Below, one piece after another: positions 1-10,312 of a stretch of DNA of 34,196 nucleotides. Position numbers and translations under genes: made by a program. The notes beneath the pieces are model-generated. The model was not told the origin of the DNA. It worked only from the letters and a program-made list of their open reading frames with translations, and ran no database searches. Origin of the DNA: a virus (taxonomy: Duplodnaviria > Heunggongvirae > Uroviricota > Caudoviricetes). The stretch lies in IMG/VR virus record IMGVR_UViG_2563366972_000006; one strand, 5' to 3'. Positions within the stretch are counted from its first letter, which is position 1; every line of letters begins with the position of its first letter.

Positions 1-1236
1 CTACGATAACCGCGCATTCAACATAGCTACCTGTTCGTCGTTCATGTCATCAATCCACATACCGTAAATTTCATACACCATCTGCGCAGTTTCATGCCCC
101 ATCTGGCTGGCTATAAATGCCGGGTTCGCTCCTGCCGTCAACAGCCAGCAGGCAAAAGTATGTCGCGTATGGTACGGATTACGGCGGCGAATACCAGCAC
201 GTTTTACTGCTGCATTCCATCTCGCACCCAAACTGCTTACCGAGTAATAAGGTTTCTGTTTTCCGTTACACATCCTGGGCATGAAAACAAAATGCAGTTT
301 TTGCTTTTCGGTTCTGCCGTACTCCCGATGATAAAAAGTGATTTCGCTTTTGCGATGATGCCCGGTCAGTTTGTATTGCTCCTTCAGTGCTTCAAGAGCT
401 GGCTGTAGTAATGTTACCGTCCGGATCCCGGCATTTGTTTTTGGGGGACCGAACATATCAAGTATCGTCAGGTTTCTTCTGACATTCACAATTCCCTTCT
501 CGAAATCCACATCCTCCCACGCCAGAGCTGCCAGTTCCCCGTGACGAAGCCCGGAGTAAACGGCAAATTTCCACAAGTTTTGGCTCTGTCCTTTTTCACT
601 TTCCATTAATGCATTGAATTCTGTTTTAGATAACGGGTCAGGCTTTATTCTGTTTCGCTGTAATTTTTTTACTCCTTCAAATGGTTTGGTTGATATAAAT
701 CCCGACTGATACGCAAAACGTAACAGCGAACAGAGCAGGGCGATATAGTTATCAACTGTGCGCACGGTTCTTCCTTTTTTGTTGGATCTTGGATTATCCA
801 GGTAAAGCGTTTCTCCATGCAGCAGTTCATTCCGGTAGTTTAAGATATCGCTATAACGAATATATGATATCGGGGTACTTTCACAAATTATTATTCTGAG
901 TGTTTTTAATTGTGATTTCGTTTTCTTCATTGTGTTTGTTGTTAACTCTGTCTCTTTAATTTTTGTCCAGATATCACAAAGCTCCCCGAACGTTTTTATG
1001 ACTCTCGTTGTCACCATTTTTGCCCCAGTGCTGGACTGGGGAAAACGTCTTAAATACTCAAATTCACCGGAGTTTATTTCATGAACTATCAGCGCTCTTA
1101 AATTTCCGGCCTTTTTAATATTACTGTTTGTAATCTCCCAGCCTTTTAATGTTTCCCGACATCGTTTTCCTCGAAACATGAACCAGATGCGAATGTTTCT
1201 ACCTCTAATCTCGACACCTGTTGGTAATTTAGACAT
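1..1236 (-). CDS. int: Tyrosine site-specific integrase, 411 aa (Rac IntR-like)
   Basis: Full ORF in track; C-terminal catalytic region with conserved R...HxxR...Y arrangement (NPYHTRHTFA...YEIYGMW); first gene of the module next to xis-like gene. Confidence 0.9.
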   Translation of the reverse strand: MSKLPTGVEIRGRNIRIWFMFRGKRCRETLKGWEITNSNIKKAGNLRALIVHEINSGEFEYLRRFPQSSTGAKMVTTRVIKTFGELCDIWTKIKETELTTNTMKKTKSQLKTLRIIICESTPISYIRYSDILNYRNELLHGETLYLDNPRSNKKGRTVRTVDNYIALLCSLLRFAYQSGFISTKPFEGVKKLQRNRIKPDPLSKTEFNALMESEKGQSQNLWKFAVYSGLRHGELAALAWEDVDFEKGIVNVRRNLTILDMFGPPKTNAGIRTVTLLQPALEALKEQYKLTGHHRKSEITFYHREYGRTEKQKLHFVFMPRMCNGKQKPYYSVSSLGARWNAAVKRAGIRRRNPYHTRHTFACWLLTAGANPAFIASQMGHETAQMVYEIYGMWIDDMNDEQVAMLNARLS

Positions 1237-1237
1237 A

Positions 1238-1453
1238 TCATGAGTCTTTGATAAACTGATTTATCTTTGGATAGTTGTACCAGATAATACCTCGTTTGCT
1301 GTCTGGCTTACCTAAAGGAGATACTCGTTTGAAGTGGAAGCCCTCCACCCAACAGTTCTGGCGGTATGCTTCAATTTGTCTGGCCCCCAGACCAGTGCGA
1401 AGCATCAGGCCGTATTCAACCATCCACTCTTCATTAAAGATTACTTGTGCCAT
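1238..1453 (-). CDS. xis: Excisionase-like small protein (XisR/YdaQ-like)
   Basis: Small ORF immediately upstream of int on same strand; start taken at internal Met ([10 protein letters not shown]...) by recalled similarity to Rac YdaQ. Confidence 0.65.
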   Translation of the reverse strand: MAQVIFNEEWMVEYGLMLRTGLGARQIEAYRQNCWVEGFHFKRVSPLGKPDSKRGIIWYNYPKINQFIKDS

Positions 1454-1552
1454 CGCATCACCTCTGGCAGGCGCCAATGTTAGACTGAAATTGACGCCTG
1501 ATGTTGATTATTAATAATCAGCTATGAAGTTTTAATTTGAATACAATGCAAT

Positions 1553-1741
1553 TCACGAGGACTGAAGTTTCTCGCAATTAAAATTTATCAGTTTTACTTT
1601 CTGCTCTCTGGAAACGCCTGCTTCTTTTTTACCTGAGAGCATTTTTTCGCATTCTGATTTCGTTAGTTTAGATTTTGAATATCTTGTCCAGTTAGTAGGT
1701 GTACCACCTTCCTTTTCAATTGTAGCGGTAATTTTATACAT
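1553..1741 (-). CDS. Small hypothetical protein (YdaC position)
   Basis: ORF in track; start moved to internal ATG with GGAGG RBS 5 nt upstream; overlaps the end of ralR. Confidence 0.45.
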   Translation of the reverse strand: MYKITATIEKEGGTPTNWTRYSKSKLTKSECEKMLSGKKEAGVSREQKVKLINFNCEKLQSS

Positions 1742-1940
1742 GAACGCCTCCATTAATATTTTCAGTGGTTCGTTTATTCCATCTTTCGAGCGCTTCTTTT
1801 TCACTTCCACCATAGCCAGTTCGGGATTCGCATCCGTTGCATTTTGCCCGGTAATATCCTGAAATGTCTTTCACCGTTACTGATGGACAACCACAAAACG
1901 GACATGGTTTAACATCGTCATATCTCAAAGTTTTTGTCAT
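1734..1940 (-). CDS. ralR: Restriction alleviation protein Lar/RalR
   Basis: Translation MTKTLRYDDVKPCPFCGCPSVTVKDISGYYRAKCNGCESRTGYGGSEKEALERWNKRT with two CxxC pairs matches the Lar/RalR family; sits directly upstream of recT as in Rac. Confidence 0.8.
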   Translation of the reverse strand: MTKTLRYDDVKPCPFCGCPSVTVKDISGYYRAKCNGCESRTGYGGSEKEALERWNKRTTENINGGVHV

Positions 1941-1984
1941 AAAAACTATCTCACGTTGGCGGTGCATTACACCGCCAGGCTGGA

Positions 1985-2818
1985 TTATTCTTCTGGATTA
2001 TCGATTACACTGTATTCCCCGGCTATAACCGATATGTCGTCTGGATTAATTGTTTCCACCTCTTTTCCATCCATCGATACTGCACGCTGGATTTCAATAG
2101 ATACCGGCAGATACTTGAACAGTTTTCGTATCACTGTCTTTTTGGCCATGTCTTCAAAGTGTTCATCCCAGATGGACGACGCCCCTTTTGACGCTGCGTT
2201 TTTTGCCGCCTTGCTGTGTGTGTCGCGAACTTTTTCTACTTGTTTGCGGGTCATGACTTCAAACTGCACTCCTCCGTCTTTCAGTTTTGCAACAGCATAG
2301 ACATGGGTTATAGGGGCATCTTCGTTTTCACCGGGACGATGAACCAGTTTTTCATCAAGGCCAAGTTCATAGCTGAATTCATCACATTCACGGACAACAC
2401 GAGCTGACAGACTGATGATTTGACCTGATCGACGGGCAAGGTCGATCATGCCGCGATAACCGATGATCAGCTGTACGTTCTTCTTACCGTTTTTTGCTTT
2501 TCCGTTGCCGAACGGTAGCAGATATGCATGACCGAGGGCGCTACCTGGCTCAAGTCCGAGCTGTGAACACTGTACGATGGCACCGATAAAACTCGTCGAG
2601 TCACAGTTTCTTAGTTCCGGTACTTTACGGATTTCTGTTGTAGCAATGCGGATCATGCGTTCCGCTGTCATGTGACGTGGCAGAGCTGCTGCCAGTTGCG
2701 CTTTCATTGCCGGGCTGTTAATCACGCACAGCACATCCTTATCGTTAACTGCTGCTGGTGCACGGTTTCCCTGAGTTTTTTGCAGATCGGCTTTTGCGAT
2801 AGGTGGTTGCTTAGTCAT
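1985..2818 (-). CDS. recT: RecT single-strand annealing recombinase
   Basis: Translation from [18 protein letters not shown]... matches RecT family along its length; start overlaps recE stop as in Rac. Confidence 0.9.
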   Translation of the reverse strand: MTKQPPIAKADLQKTQGNRAPAAVNDKDVLCVINSPAMKAQLAAALPRHMTAERMIRIATTEIRKVPELRNCDSTSFIGAIVQCSQLGLEPGSALGHAYLLPFGNGKAKNGKKNVQLIIGYRGMIDLARRSGQIISLSARVVRECDEFSYELGLDEKLVHRPGENEDAPITHVYAVAKLKDGGVQFEVMTRKQVEKVRDTHSKAAKNAASKGASSIWDEHFEDMAKKTVIRKLFKYLPVSIEIQRAVSMDGKEVETINPDDISVIAGEYSVIDNPEE

Positions 2819-5462
2819 TTGCATACTCCTTAGCCCAGCGGGGCAGTGATAACGTCTTAATAGCTGGCCATTCATCGGTATTTAGGCAGTCAGCCAGGGT
2901 CCGCAGATTGCGGTGATATTCCTGCTGGCCTGCCAGTTTTGCTTCTTCGCCCATCATGAAAATCTCAACCGGATAACGTCCGCATTCAACAGTTGTGCTG
3001 GCAACCAGAAAAACGAAAGTTGGCTGCACACCAAACTGTGCTTCATAACCGTCACTGTAGAATGCATCCTGAACGTGATAGCGGTAGTCGTAATAAGCCG
3101 TTTTGAATCGTTGAATATCCGCTGTGGTTTTCACGTCCATGATCCAGTGAAATTCAGGAATAATTTTGTCCGGACGGCACCGACACAAAATTCCTGTTTC
3201 CGGATCTTCCCAGTAAATTGATGATTCAGCGTGTCCGGCGCTTTCAACAAGCCATTGCCCCAGCGGCAAAGCCATAACGCTTTGATACATGAGTTCAATT
3301 TTCCGGCCTTCTTCCGCAGTGATAACCGTTTTTCCTGTGCTTGCGCATTCCATCAGAAACGCTTTCTCTTCTTCTTTTCCGGCGTTTGTACGGCGGTTAA
3401 ATTCAGGTGCTACGATAAAGCGGTTACTGAATTCTTCCGGTTCAAGTACCCGGCAGTGGAAAGCGGTTCCTAAATCGAGCGTTTTTGTCTTTGTAGTGTC
3501 CACGGGGGCATTTTTACGCCACAAATACAGTGCCGGAGTATCAGCAATGTCATCGAGCTGAGACTTACTGACACCGGGACCCGCGTGGTAATTCTCATTC
3601 GAAATTCCGTAATAAATACCTAGCTCTATGTCTTCTACGATTACGGGATCTGCGACTTCGCCAGTTTCATCACTGCAATCGCGATGCTGATCGCTGCCAG
3701 CATTCTCATTGTGCGGATGTTCAGCGCCTTCCATTTCCTCCGGATCTTTTTCCTTAGCTTCAACCTGATTCTCTTCACCGAATGTTTCCTGGTATGTTGC
3801 GTCGCCCATCACCGCACCACAGTCAGGGCAGTTATCCCCGCCAGTCTGACCGCAGGCATTGCAGACTATTTCCGGTTCCTGTTGCACTACTGGCTCAGGT
3901 TGTTTCGCATCCGGGCTGATTTTTTCCGTTTCTGGCTGGTTCTGGTACACAGAATCGCGAGTCTGGATCCCCTTAACCCATTTCGGATCGTTCGGGTCGC
4001 TAATTCCGTCAACAAATTCACCACGTGATGCAGCAAGCAATTTATCGGCATCGACAGGATTTTTTGATGGAATGTTTTTCCGGGCTTCATGGAGTTCTGC
4101 CCGCAGTTCCTGATATTTCGCATCAACAGGGTTTACCTGTGACTGAGCATCCAGCGGCTGCGTGTCCTGATGATGTTCAGTTGCGTCCGGTTCCATTGTT
4201 TCAGCCGTTGCCTGTTCATCTGCCGTTGTTCCAGATGGTTGCGGTTTTTCTTCATCATCCTGTTTTCCTTCTTCTGTTACTCGCTGCGGCATCGGGGCAG
4301 AGGAGCGACCGCAGGCAATATCCACGATTTCCGAATCAGGGTTGGCATGATCGGTTTCAATCAGTACTTTGTTCAGATATTTAGTGACGTGCGCGGGGAT
4401 GACCTCGATCCCAATTGGTGCTTCTTTTACGGACGCAACCACGATGGCGCGGGAATAATCCAGCCCGCCAGGCATGGTGATGAATTTGTCGCGGAAAACA
4501 GAAAAGGGCGGTTTATTTTCAGCGATAATTTCCTCAATGCGTTTAGCGTGTGCCGGATGAAGGTTATAGATGTCCACGTCCATTGAACGGGCCAGTACGC
4601 CAGTGGCTACATCGCGCGCCAATGACGTCAGATCGTGGACGAAACCTTCGCCGCGATCGGTGAGGTTCCCGCCGCCAGCATTAGCACCGGAAGCCGTGCG
4701 AGTGATGCGTGAAACACGATTCCCTTTTCGCCATTCTTTTGTCAGAAGACCGCGATCAATGTGTTCGGTATCCAGCCAGGCTGAAATGAAATTCTTAAAT
4801 TCATAGGGCTGATGTTTTTTCGTGATAGAGAAAACTGCCTTAATTGCATCAGTCAGGCGGAGCAGGGCGGCATTATCCAGAGTTGTCGGTTCTGCCATGC
4901 CGCGTATGGCCAACAGCAGATTCTGGACATAGCTGTTTTCCTGATCCATCTCAAGAGCAGTAATGTGTTCGCGTTGTTCTCGGGTGGCATGATGCAGGTA
5001 TTTCCGATCCCCGGCCGCATAGGTAAAAATGTGCAGAAGACGCTGTGTGAACCGCAAAGTAGATACAGAGACTTCGCAATCCTGGCAATCCCCGTGAGCG
5101 TCTGCCCGTGTGTTTTCTTCCTGGCCTCCCGCCGGTTCTTCGGTTTCCGGTGCATCCTCCTGATGGTGAACGTCGTCTGGCGCTGCTCCCGGTTTTAGTT
5201 CCCAGGTCATGGAGTCTTTGCTGAGTTGATAGCGTTCACTCCAGGTAAAATCGATCTCACCTTCAGGGGGAAGGTCATTAACGACAGGAAAATTCGTGGC
5301 AACAGGTTTAAAATAGCTGCTCAGTTTTTTACCTGACTTAACGAGCAGGTAGTCCAGAGTGGCACAGGTCGATTCAAAATCGTCGCTTGCCCACAGGACG
5401 ACGTCAGGTTCACCGGATGATTTTTTCGCTTTCCGTAACAGGAAGAGTGGTTTTGTGCTCAT
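2811..5462 (-). CDS. recE: RecE exonuclease VIII, 883 aa
   Basis: Long ORF with acidic low-complexity N-terminal/central part and C-terminal nuclease-like domain ([20 protein letters not shown]...); adjacent to and overlapping recT. Confidence 0.85.
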   Translation of the reverse strand: MSTKPLFLLRKAKKSSGEPDVVLWASDDFESTCATLDYLLVKSGKKLSSYFKPVATNFPVVNDLPPEGEIDFTWSERYQLSKDSMTWELKPGAAPDDVHHQEDAPETEEPAGGQEENTRADAHGDCQDCEVSVSTLRFTQRLLHIFTYAAGDRKYLHHATREQREHITALEMDQENSYVQNLLLAIRGMAEPTTLDNAALLRLTDAIKAVFSITKKHQPYEFKNFISAWLDTEHIDRGLLTKEWRKGNRVSRITRTASGANAGGGNLTDRGEGFVHDLTSLARDVATGVLARSMDVDIYNLHPAHAKRIEEIIAENKPPFSVFRDKFITMPGGLDYSRAIVVASVKEAPIGIEVIPAHVTKYLNKVLIETDHANPDSEIVDIACGRSSAPMPQRVTEEGKQDDEEKPQPSGTTADEQATAETMEPDATEHHQDTQPLDAQSQVNPVDAKYQELRAELHEARKNIPSKNPVDADKLLAASRGEFVDGISDPNDPKWVKGIQTRDSVYQNQPETEKISPDAKQPEPVVQQEPEIVCNACGQTGGDNCPDCGAVMGDATYQETFGEENQVEAKEKDPEEMEGAEHPHNENAGSDQHRDCSDETGEVADPVIVEDIELGIYYGISNENYHAGPGVSKSQLDDIADTPALYLWRKNAPVDTTKTKTLDLGTAFHCRVLEPEEFSNRFIVAPEFNRRTNAGKEEEKAFLMECASTGKTVITAEEGRKIELMYQSVMALPLGQWLVESAGHAESSIYWEDPETGILCRCRPDKIIPEFHWIMDVKTTADIQRFKTAYYDYRYHVQDAFYSDGYEAQFGVQPTFVFLVASTTVECGRYPVEIFMMGEEAKLAGQQEYHRNLRTLADCLNTDEWPAIKTLSLPRWAKEYAND

Positions 5463-5592
5463 TGTTTTTTAACCTCAACTCAGATTAAAATTCGTTTTGT
5501 TCAGTGAATGATCTTGCCGGATACACACTGTTCATAGCCTGCGCCATACGCAGGCTATTTCTTTCAGATTTCACCTTTTAATTTCATTGCAA

Positions 5593-5838
5593 TTAGAGTT
5601 GCCAGAAATTCGGCTTTTTTTCTGCGGGCAGATTCTTTCCGATATGCACCAGGCACATTTTTTTGACACCTTCATCAAGTGTTTTTACGTTGCCTGATGG
5701 ACCATCGATATCAACCACAGTGAATGGGGTTTCTTTATTTTCTGTTTTAATCACGTAGCCAATACGCTTTCCTTCCAGATTAACCTCGTGAACAATGTCA
5801 TTGGTAGTTACAACAGTGGCTTCATAATTGGTAATCAT
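5593..5838 (-). CDS. racC: RacC-like small protein
   Basis: ORF in track; start at internal ATG with strong AAGGAG RBS (MITNYEATVV...); position after recE as in Rac. Confidence 0.6.
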   Translation of the reverse strand: MITNYEATVVTTNDIVHEVNLEGKRIGYVIKTENKETPFTVVDIDGPSGNVKTLDEGVKKMCLVHIGKNLPAEKKPNFWQL

Positions 5839-5912
5839 GTTTTTCTCCTTAATTAAGGTTGAGCGAATCCCTGCCATTGCTGGCATAAATTCAGTTTCGA
5901 ATAGTCAGTTAA

Positions 5913-6083
5913 TTAAAGTTCGTGTGCCATCTGGTCTTTTTCGGCACAGATTTCATTACAATATTTTTTCATTTCCGTCGTTGGGATAACTCCACGCATG
6001 AAATGAAGTGGTCTTTTAATACTATTGCTTTCTTCAACTTCTTTATCGCAAAGGTGGTAAGCACATTTTATTTTCTTAGTCAT
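5913..6083 (-). CDS. ydaE: YdaE-like small Cys-rich protein, 56 aa
   Basis: Below the 60-aa cutoff of the ORF track; hand translation [16 protein letters not shown]...CNEICAEKDQMAHEL with two Cys pairs; ATG overlaps kilR stop (TGATG). Confidence 0.5.
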   Translation of the reverse strand: MTKKIKCAYHLCDKEVEESNSIKRPLHFMRGVIPTTEMKKYCNEICAEKDQMAHEL

Positions 6084-6304
6084 CACCATGACTCCGCCTT
6101 TACAGGTAAACCATCACGACCTAGGAAGACTTTAATCATGCGGTCAGTAATGCATGTTTTTGTGGTCAGGCTACGGATATAAAGTTTTCGCTTTTTAATA
6201 TTATTTGCCGAGGCAATATATGTCCGGCCTTCATGAAGAACATAATCGCCAGGAGTCACACACTGACGTGGTATTTCATCAGTTCCGAAGTGATGTGCAA
6301 TCAT
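6083..6304 (-). CDS. kilR: KilR-like cell division inhibitor, 73 aa
   Basis: Translation [46 protein letters not shown]... recalled as Rac KilR; GGAG RBS before the internal ATG. Confidence 0.65.
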   Translation of the reverse strand: MIAHHFGTDEIPRQCVTPGDYVLHEGRTYIASANNIKKRKLYIRSLTTKTCITDRMIKVFLGRDGLPVKAESW

Positions 6305-6699
6305 AATTATCTCCATTTTTACAAATGAACTTTGTTGATGCGGCGCCTGGTGCCTCCAGGTGACGTTAACCAGTTAACAATTAACGCCGGATAATCCACC
6401 CATAACACTGATGCTTTTTAACTGTTCCGCGTGCGCTGAGCCGCATTCACCGCATCACAAAATTCACTTTAAAAAGGGCGGACATCAGTCGAACTTCAAG
6501 AAAAACTGATGCCGCCAAGACTACACACAGCAGTGTTGTTATTCACAACCGGAGGCGCACTCCCACCATTTAAATTTAACAGACAAGACCGACTCTTTAT
6601 GGATATCGGAAATGCGCCTTCGTGTTGTGCGCCTGTCTTTTTACCACTTCAGGCTCGGTGGTATACTGGAGCTCTCACACAACCAGTAAGGAGAAATAC

Positions 6700-6975
6700 G
6701 TGGTTACTTCTTTTTGCCCATTGTGCCTACATGATGCAGAAATTCTTATTCTTCGTGATCACAAACTGTTAATTTATACATGTCCAGAGCATGGTAAATT
6801 TGCTGTCACTAATGAAACGGATAAGCGAATCCGAAATTTACACGATCTTGCCGCAATGAGTTCAGCGCACAGGAAGATTCTGAATTCGCTTTCTTCGGAT
6901 GAAATGATGAGAGCTCAAGAAGAGGACGTCCTTCCTGCTCTAGTCCGAACAGTCCAATTTGATTACGAATCATAA
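6700..6975 (+). CDS. Small zinc-ribbon-like hypothetical protein (GTG start)
   Basis: AAGGAG RBS 6 nt before an in-frame GTG; two Cys/His pairs (CPLC ... CPEH); occupies the slot where Rac carries sieB but is not membrane-like. Confidence 0.45.
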   Translation: MVTSFCPLCLHDAEILILRDHKLLIYTCPEHGKFAVTNETDKRIRNLHDLAAMSSAHRKILNSLSSDEMMRAQEEDVLPALVRTVQFDYES

Positions 6976-7081
6976 TTTCCAGCTCGATAACAATTGCAAT
7001 GCGGGATTTTTTAAAGGTGCCGCAATCAACTATGAATGAACCATCTGGGATGGATCCCAAAACACACTCTTCGCGCATCAT

Positions 7082-7234
7082 TCACCTGAATTTTTTTTTC
7101 AACCAGCGATTCGCGCCAGCTTCGGTTTTAAACGTTTTGCTTTTGGTATAAGTCATGGCGGTGAACGTTCCATCCTGGTTGGGGAATACGCCGCACACCA
7201 GGGATTCGTTATTGCCGAGGTCGATTTTTTGCAT
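7082..7234 (-). CDS. ydaF: YdaF-like small protein, 50 aa
   Basis: Not in ORF track (short); hand translation MQKIDLGNNESLVCGVFPNQDGTFTAMTYTKSKTFKTEAGANRWL...; GAGGTG RBS. Confidence 0.45.
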   Translation of the reverse strand: MQKIDLGNNESLVCGVFPNQDGTFTAMTYTKSKTFKTEAGANRWLKKKFR

Positions 7235-7244
7235 TTTTCGCACC

Positions 7245-7379
7245 TCACATTTTGTTGTTGCGGATAGAGGCTTCTGCCTGCCAGAGATCCCAGTCGTTGC
7301 TGCGTAGAGCCTGTACAGCCTGGCTGTAAGTGATATCGCAACAATCCATCAAATACTGAACTACTTCGTAATGCACCAT
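7245..7379 (-). CDS. ydaG: YdaG-like small protein, 44 aa
   Basis: Internal Met of the track ORF (MVHYEVVQYLMDCCDITYSQAVQALRSNDWDLWQAEASIRNNKM) with GGGGAG RBS. Confidence 0.5.
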   Translation of the reverse strand: MVHYEVVQYLMDCCDITYSQAVQALRSNDWDLWQAEASIRNNKM

Positions 7380-7457
7380 CTTATCTCTCCCCTTAACGCC
7401 GGGTGGCGGAACTGTTTGCTGAGAACACCGTGCGGTGTCTTGATGCAAACAAGATTA

Positions 7458-7505
7458 GTCATGGCTAACAATCAGGTCAAGTATTTTTGTTTGTCATGGC
7501 TAACA
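7458..7505. promoter_or_regulatory. Two direct 13-bp repeats GTCATGGCTAACA (7458-7470, 7493-7505); candidate left operator
   Basis: Perfect direct repeats immediately downstream of the repressor gene and upstream of the leftward ydaG-kilR-recET genes; related motifs recur in the divergent region 7949-8030. Confidence 0.4.
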
Positions 7506-7540
7506 TTTATGGCGGCAAAAAAGATAACACATTGATTGTG

Positions 7541-7948
7541 TTATCTTTTGTTTGTTCGTTGACGGGCTTTTAATAATTCTTCAAAGAGTTTGTTGAAATT
7601 TTTTACTCGGGCGCGCATCTCGGTGAGCTGAGCATCCTGTTCTGATTCAGGCAATGCATTAAAAAGCTCAAGGAGCTCGTGTTCTTTGGGGGATAAAGCA
7701 ACTGGCTCCTCAATAGGTGGTGATGGCTGCTTGTCTTCATCGCCAAATAGAATCCATGTTGGCGAGCACTGCAGTACATTGCTGAGGGCAAAAAGATTCT
7801 TCCCTGTAGGTTCGCTATCATCCCGTTCCCATTGTGAAACCGATACATGAGAAATTTTCAGGGCTTTAGCAAGAGACCTTTGGGTGTATTTGAGGTTTTT
7901 TCGGCGATACCTAATGCGTTCGCCAATGGTTAAATTTTTTGTATCCAT
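7541..7948 (-). CDS. racR: Prophage repressor, XRE-family HTH (RacR/cI-like), 135 aa
   Basis: HTH segment RSLAKALKISHVSVSQWERDDSEP; divergent from a Cro/YdaS-like gene; flanked by operator-like repeats. Confidence 0.75.
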   Translation of the reverse strand: MDTKNLTIGERIRYRRKNLKYTQRSLAKALKISHVSVSQWERDDSEPTGKNLFALSNVLQCSPTWILFGDEDKQPSPPIEEPVALSPKEHELLELFNALPESEQDAQLTEMRARVKNFNKLFEELLKARQRTNKR

Positions 7949-8030
7949 AGTTAGCTAATGCTAAATCTTATTGACTATGTTTTTGTTAACATCTATTTTG
8001 TTAGCTATGACTAACAGGTAGGTGCTTTAA
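7949..8030. promoter_or_regulatory. Divergent promoter/operator region between repressor and ydaS
   Basis: Contains GTTAGCTAATGCTAA and the near-palindrome TGTTAGCTATGACTAACA, related to the 13-bp repeat at 7458-7505; TTGACT -35-like hexamer. Confidence 0.4.
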
Positions 8031-8261
8031 ATGCTTAAAACTGACGCACTTTTGTATTTCGGTTCAAAAACAAAACTTGCACAAGCTGCTGGTATTCGTT
8101 TGGCTTCGCTTTATAGCTGGAAAGGGGAGCTAGTACCTGAAGGTCGCGCGATGCGCCTGCAAGAGGCATCTGGCGGGGAACTTCAGTACGACCCCAAAGT
8201 TTATGACGAATATCGTAAGGCAAAACGACCTGGGAAGGTGATTCATGAAAATCAGGCATGA
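8031..8261 (+). CDS. ydaS: YdaS-like Cro/HTH protein
   Basis: Small ORF divergent from repressor; SKTKLAQAAGIRLASLYSW HTH-like segment. Confidence 0.75.
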   Translation: MLKTDALLYFGSKTKLAQAAGIRLASLYSWKGELVPEGRAMRLQEASGGELQYDPKVYDEYRKAKRPGKVIHENQA

Positions 8262-8667
8262 GCACATCGAATCAGTGCTGTTAGCCCTGGCAGCCGAAAA
8301 AGGGCAGGCGTGGGTTGCTAACGCAATTACTGAAGAATATCTGCGCCAGGGGGGCGGCGAATTGCCCCTGGTACCAGGCAAGGACTGGAATAATCAGCAG
8401 AACATCTATCACCGTTGGTTAAAAGGTGAAACGAAAGCGCAAAGGGAAAAAATTCAGAAGCTGATCCCAGCAATTCTGGCAATTCTTCCGCGCGAACTGC
8501 GTCATCGACTCTGCATCTTCGATACCCTGGAACGCCGTGCATTACTGGCGGCGCAGGAAGCGTTGAGTACGGCAATTGATGCGCATGATGATGCAGTTCA
8601 GGCCGTTTACCGGAAAGCGCATTTCAGCGGCGGTGGGTCTTCCGACGATTCTGTCATTGTTCATTAA
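8245..8667 (+). CDS. ydaT: YdaT-like protein
   Basis: ORF overlapping the end of ydaS, same order as Rac ydaS-ydaT. Confidence 0.7.
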   Translation: MKIRHEHIESVLLALAAEKGQAWVANAITEEYLRQGGGELPLVPGKDWNNQQNIYHRWLKGETKAQREKIQKLIPAILAILPRELRHRLCIFDTLERRALLAAQEALSTAIDAHDDAVQAVYRKAHFSGGGSSDDSVIVH

Positions 8668-8730
8668 GCAAAAGTTTCCATGCTGGTTGTGCTTATTCTA
8701 AGCCACCTGGCAGCATCATACGGGGCAATT

Positions 8731-9537
8731 ATGGCCGCATTACCATACATGCAACTGTACATAGCTGATTACCTGGCTGACACCATGCATTTGTCAGCAG
8801 AGGAACACGGTGCGTATTTGTTGCTGATGTTCAATTACTGGCAAACAGGAAAGCCAATACCCAAAAACAGGCTGGCAAAAATTGCCCGTCTGACTAACGA
8901 GCGATGGGCTGATGTTGAACCATCCTTGCGGGAGTTTTTTTGCGATAACGGCGACGAATGGGTGCATCTTCGGATTGAGGAAGATCTGACATCAGTCAGG
9001 GAAAAGTTAACCAAAAAATCAGCCGCAGGAAAAGCATCTGTTCAGGCCAGAAGAAGCAGAAAGGAAGCAGATGTTCAAACAAAACAAGAAGGAAATTTAA
9101 CAGGTGTTCAAACAGATGTTGTAGTGGTGTTTGAACATGATGCCAACACAAAGGCAACTAATAAAGATACAGATAAAGATCTAAAAACAGATCCCCCCCT
9201 AAATCCCCCCCGGGGGAATCGAGGTGTCAAAAAGTTTGACCCTCTGGATATTGCTTTGCCGAACTGGATTTCTGTCTCGCTTTGGCGTGAGTGGGTTGAA
9301 TTTCGCCAGGCATTGCGAAAACCGATTCGAACGGAGCAGGGGGCTAACGGGGCGATACGGGAACTGGAAAAATTCCTCCAGCAGGGTTTTACCCCTGAGC
9401 AGGTGATTCGACACAGCATCGCCAATGAATACCAGGGCTTGTTCGCGCCGAAAGGTGTTCGGCCTGAGACGTTGCCTCGGCAGGTTAACACCGTCTCGTT
9501 TCCGGACAGTGCGATCCCACCAGGCTTCAGGGGGTAA
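8731..9537 (+). CDS. ydaU: YdaU-like replication initiation protein (DUF1376-like)
   Basis: Track ORF 8680-9537; start moved to internal ATG (MAALPYMQLYIADYLADTMHLSAEEHGAY...) by recalled family N-terminus; precedes the DnaC-like loader. Confidence 0.7.
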   Translation: MAALPYMQLYIADYLADTMHLSAEEHGAYLLLMFNYWQTGKPIPKNRLAKIARLTNERWADVEPSLREFFCDNGDEWVHLRIEEDLTSVREKLTKKSAAGKASVQARRSRKEADVQTKQEGNLTGVQTDVVVVFEHDANTKATNKDTDKDLKTDPPLNPPRGNRGVKKFDPLDIALPNWISVSLWREWVEFRQALRKPIRTEQGANGAIRELEKFLQQGFTPEQVIRHSIANEYQGLFAPKGVRPETLPRQVNTVSFPDSAIPPGFRG

Positions 9538-9543
9538 CGAAGC

Positions 9544-10290
9544 ATGAAAAATATTGCGACAGGCGGCGTTCTGGAACGTATCCGCAGACTGGCCCCGCCA
9601 CATGTAACCGCGCCATTCAGGACGGTGGCGGAGTGGCGCGAGTGGCAACTTGCAGAAGGCCAGAAACGTTGTGAGGAGATCAACCGTCAGAATCGTCAGT
9701 TGCGGGTGGAAAAAATCCTGAATCGCTCCGGCATCCAGCCGTTGCACCGCAAATGCTCGTTTGCGAATTACCAGGTGCAGAACGACGGCCAGCGATACGC
9801 GTTGAGTCAGGCGAAATCTATCGCTGACGAACTGGTTACCGGATGCACAAATTTCGCGTTCAGCGGAAAACCTGGTACCGGAAAAAACCATCTGGCGGCG
9901 GCTATCGGGAATCGCCTGCTGAAAGATGGCCAGACAGTGATTGTAGTTACCGTGGCGGATGTCATGAGTGCTCTACACGCCAGCTATGACGACGGGCAAT
10001 CAGGCGAAAAATTTTTGCGGGAACTGTGCGAAGTGGATCTGCTGGTTCTTGATGAAATTGGCATTCAGCGCGAGACAAAAAACGAGCAGGTGGTGCTGCA
10101 CCAGATTGTTGATCGCCGGACAGCGTCGATGCGCAGCGTGGGGATGCTGACAAACCTGAACTATGAGGCCATGAAAACATTGCTTGGCGAGCGGATTATG
10201 GATCGTATGACCATGAACGGCGGGCGCTGGGTGAATTTTAACTGGGAGAGCTGGCGCCCGAATGTTGGTCAGCCAGGAATTGAAAAGTAA
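9544..10290 (+). CDS. ydaV: DnaC-like helicase loader (IstB/DnaC ATPase family), YdaV-like
   Basis: Walker [16 protein letters not shown] and Walker B LLVLDEIG; position after the O-like initiator. Confidence 0.85.
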   Translation: MKNIATGGVLERIRRLAPPHVTAPFRTVAEWREWQLAEGQKRCEEINRQNRQLRVEKILNRSGIQPLHRKCSFANYQVQNDGQRYALSQAKSIADELVTGCTNFAFSGKPGTGKNHLAAAIGNRLLKDGQTVIVVTVADVMSALHASYDDGQSGEKFLRELCEVDLLVLDEIGIQRETKNEQVVLHQIVDRRTASMRSVGMLTNLNYEAMKTLLGERIMDRMTMNGGRWVNFNWESWRPNVGQPGIEK

Positions 10291-10312
10291 TTTTTACCGG
10301 GAGGAAATTTTA

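Noticed and set aside
94..408. Plus-strand 104-aa ORF inside the integrase gene
   Set aside because: Entirely antisense to a well-supported integrase ORF; no RBS or recognisable family.
3684..4586. Several plus-strand ORFs (114-138 aa) within recE
   Set aside because: Antisense to the long recE frame, low-complexity translations; typical spurious frames.
5922..6182. Plus-strand 86-aa ORF
   Set aside because: Antisense to the ydaE/kilR pair that has RBSs and recognisable products.
6809..7081. Minus-strand 90-aa ORF
   Set aside because: Overlaps the plus-strand zinc-ribbon gene; the adjacent minus-strand YdaF-like ORF with a good RBS starts just above it; no family recognised.
9108..9891. 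Minus-strand ORFs of 191 and 230 aa
   Set aside because: Antisense to ydaU/ydaV, which have clear family features (Walker motifs).
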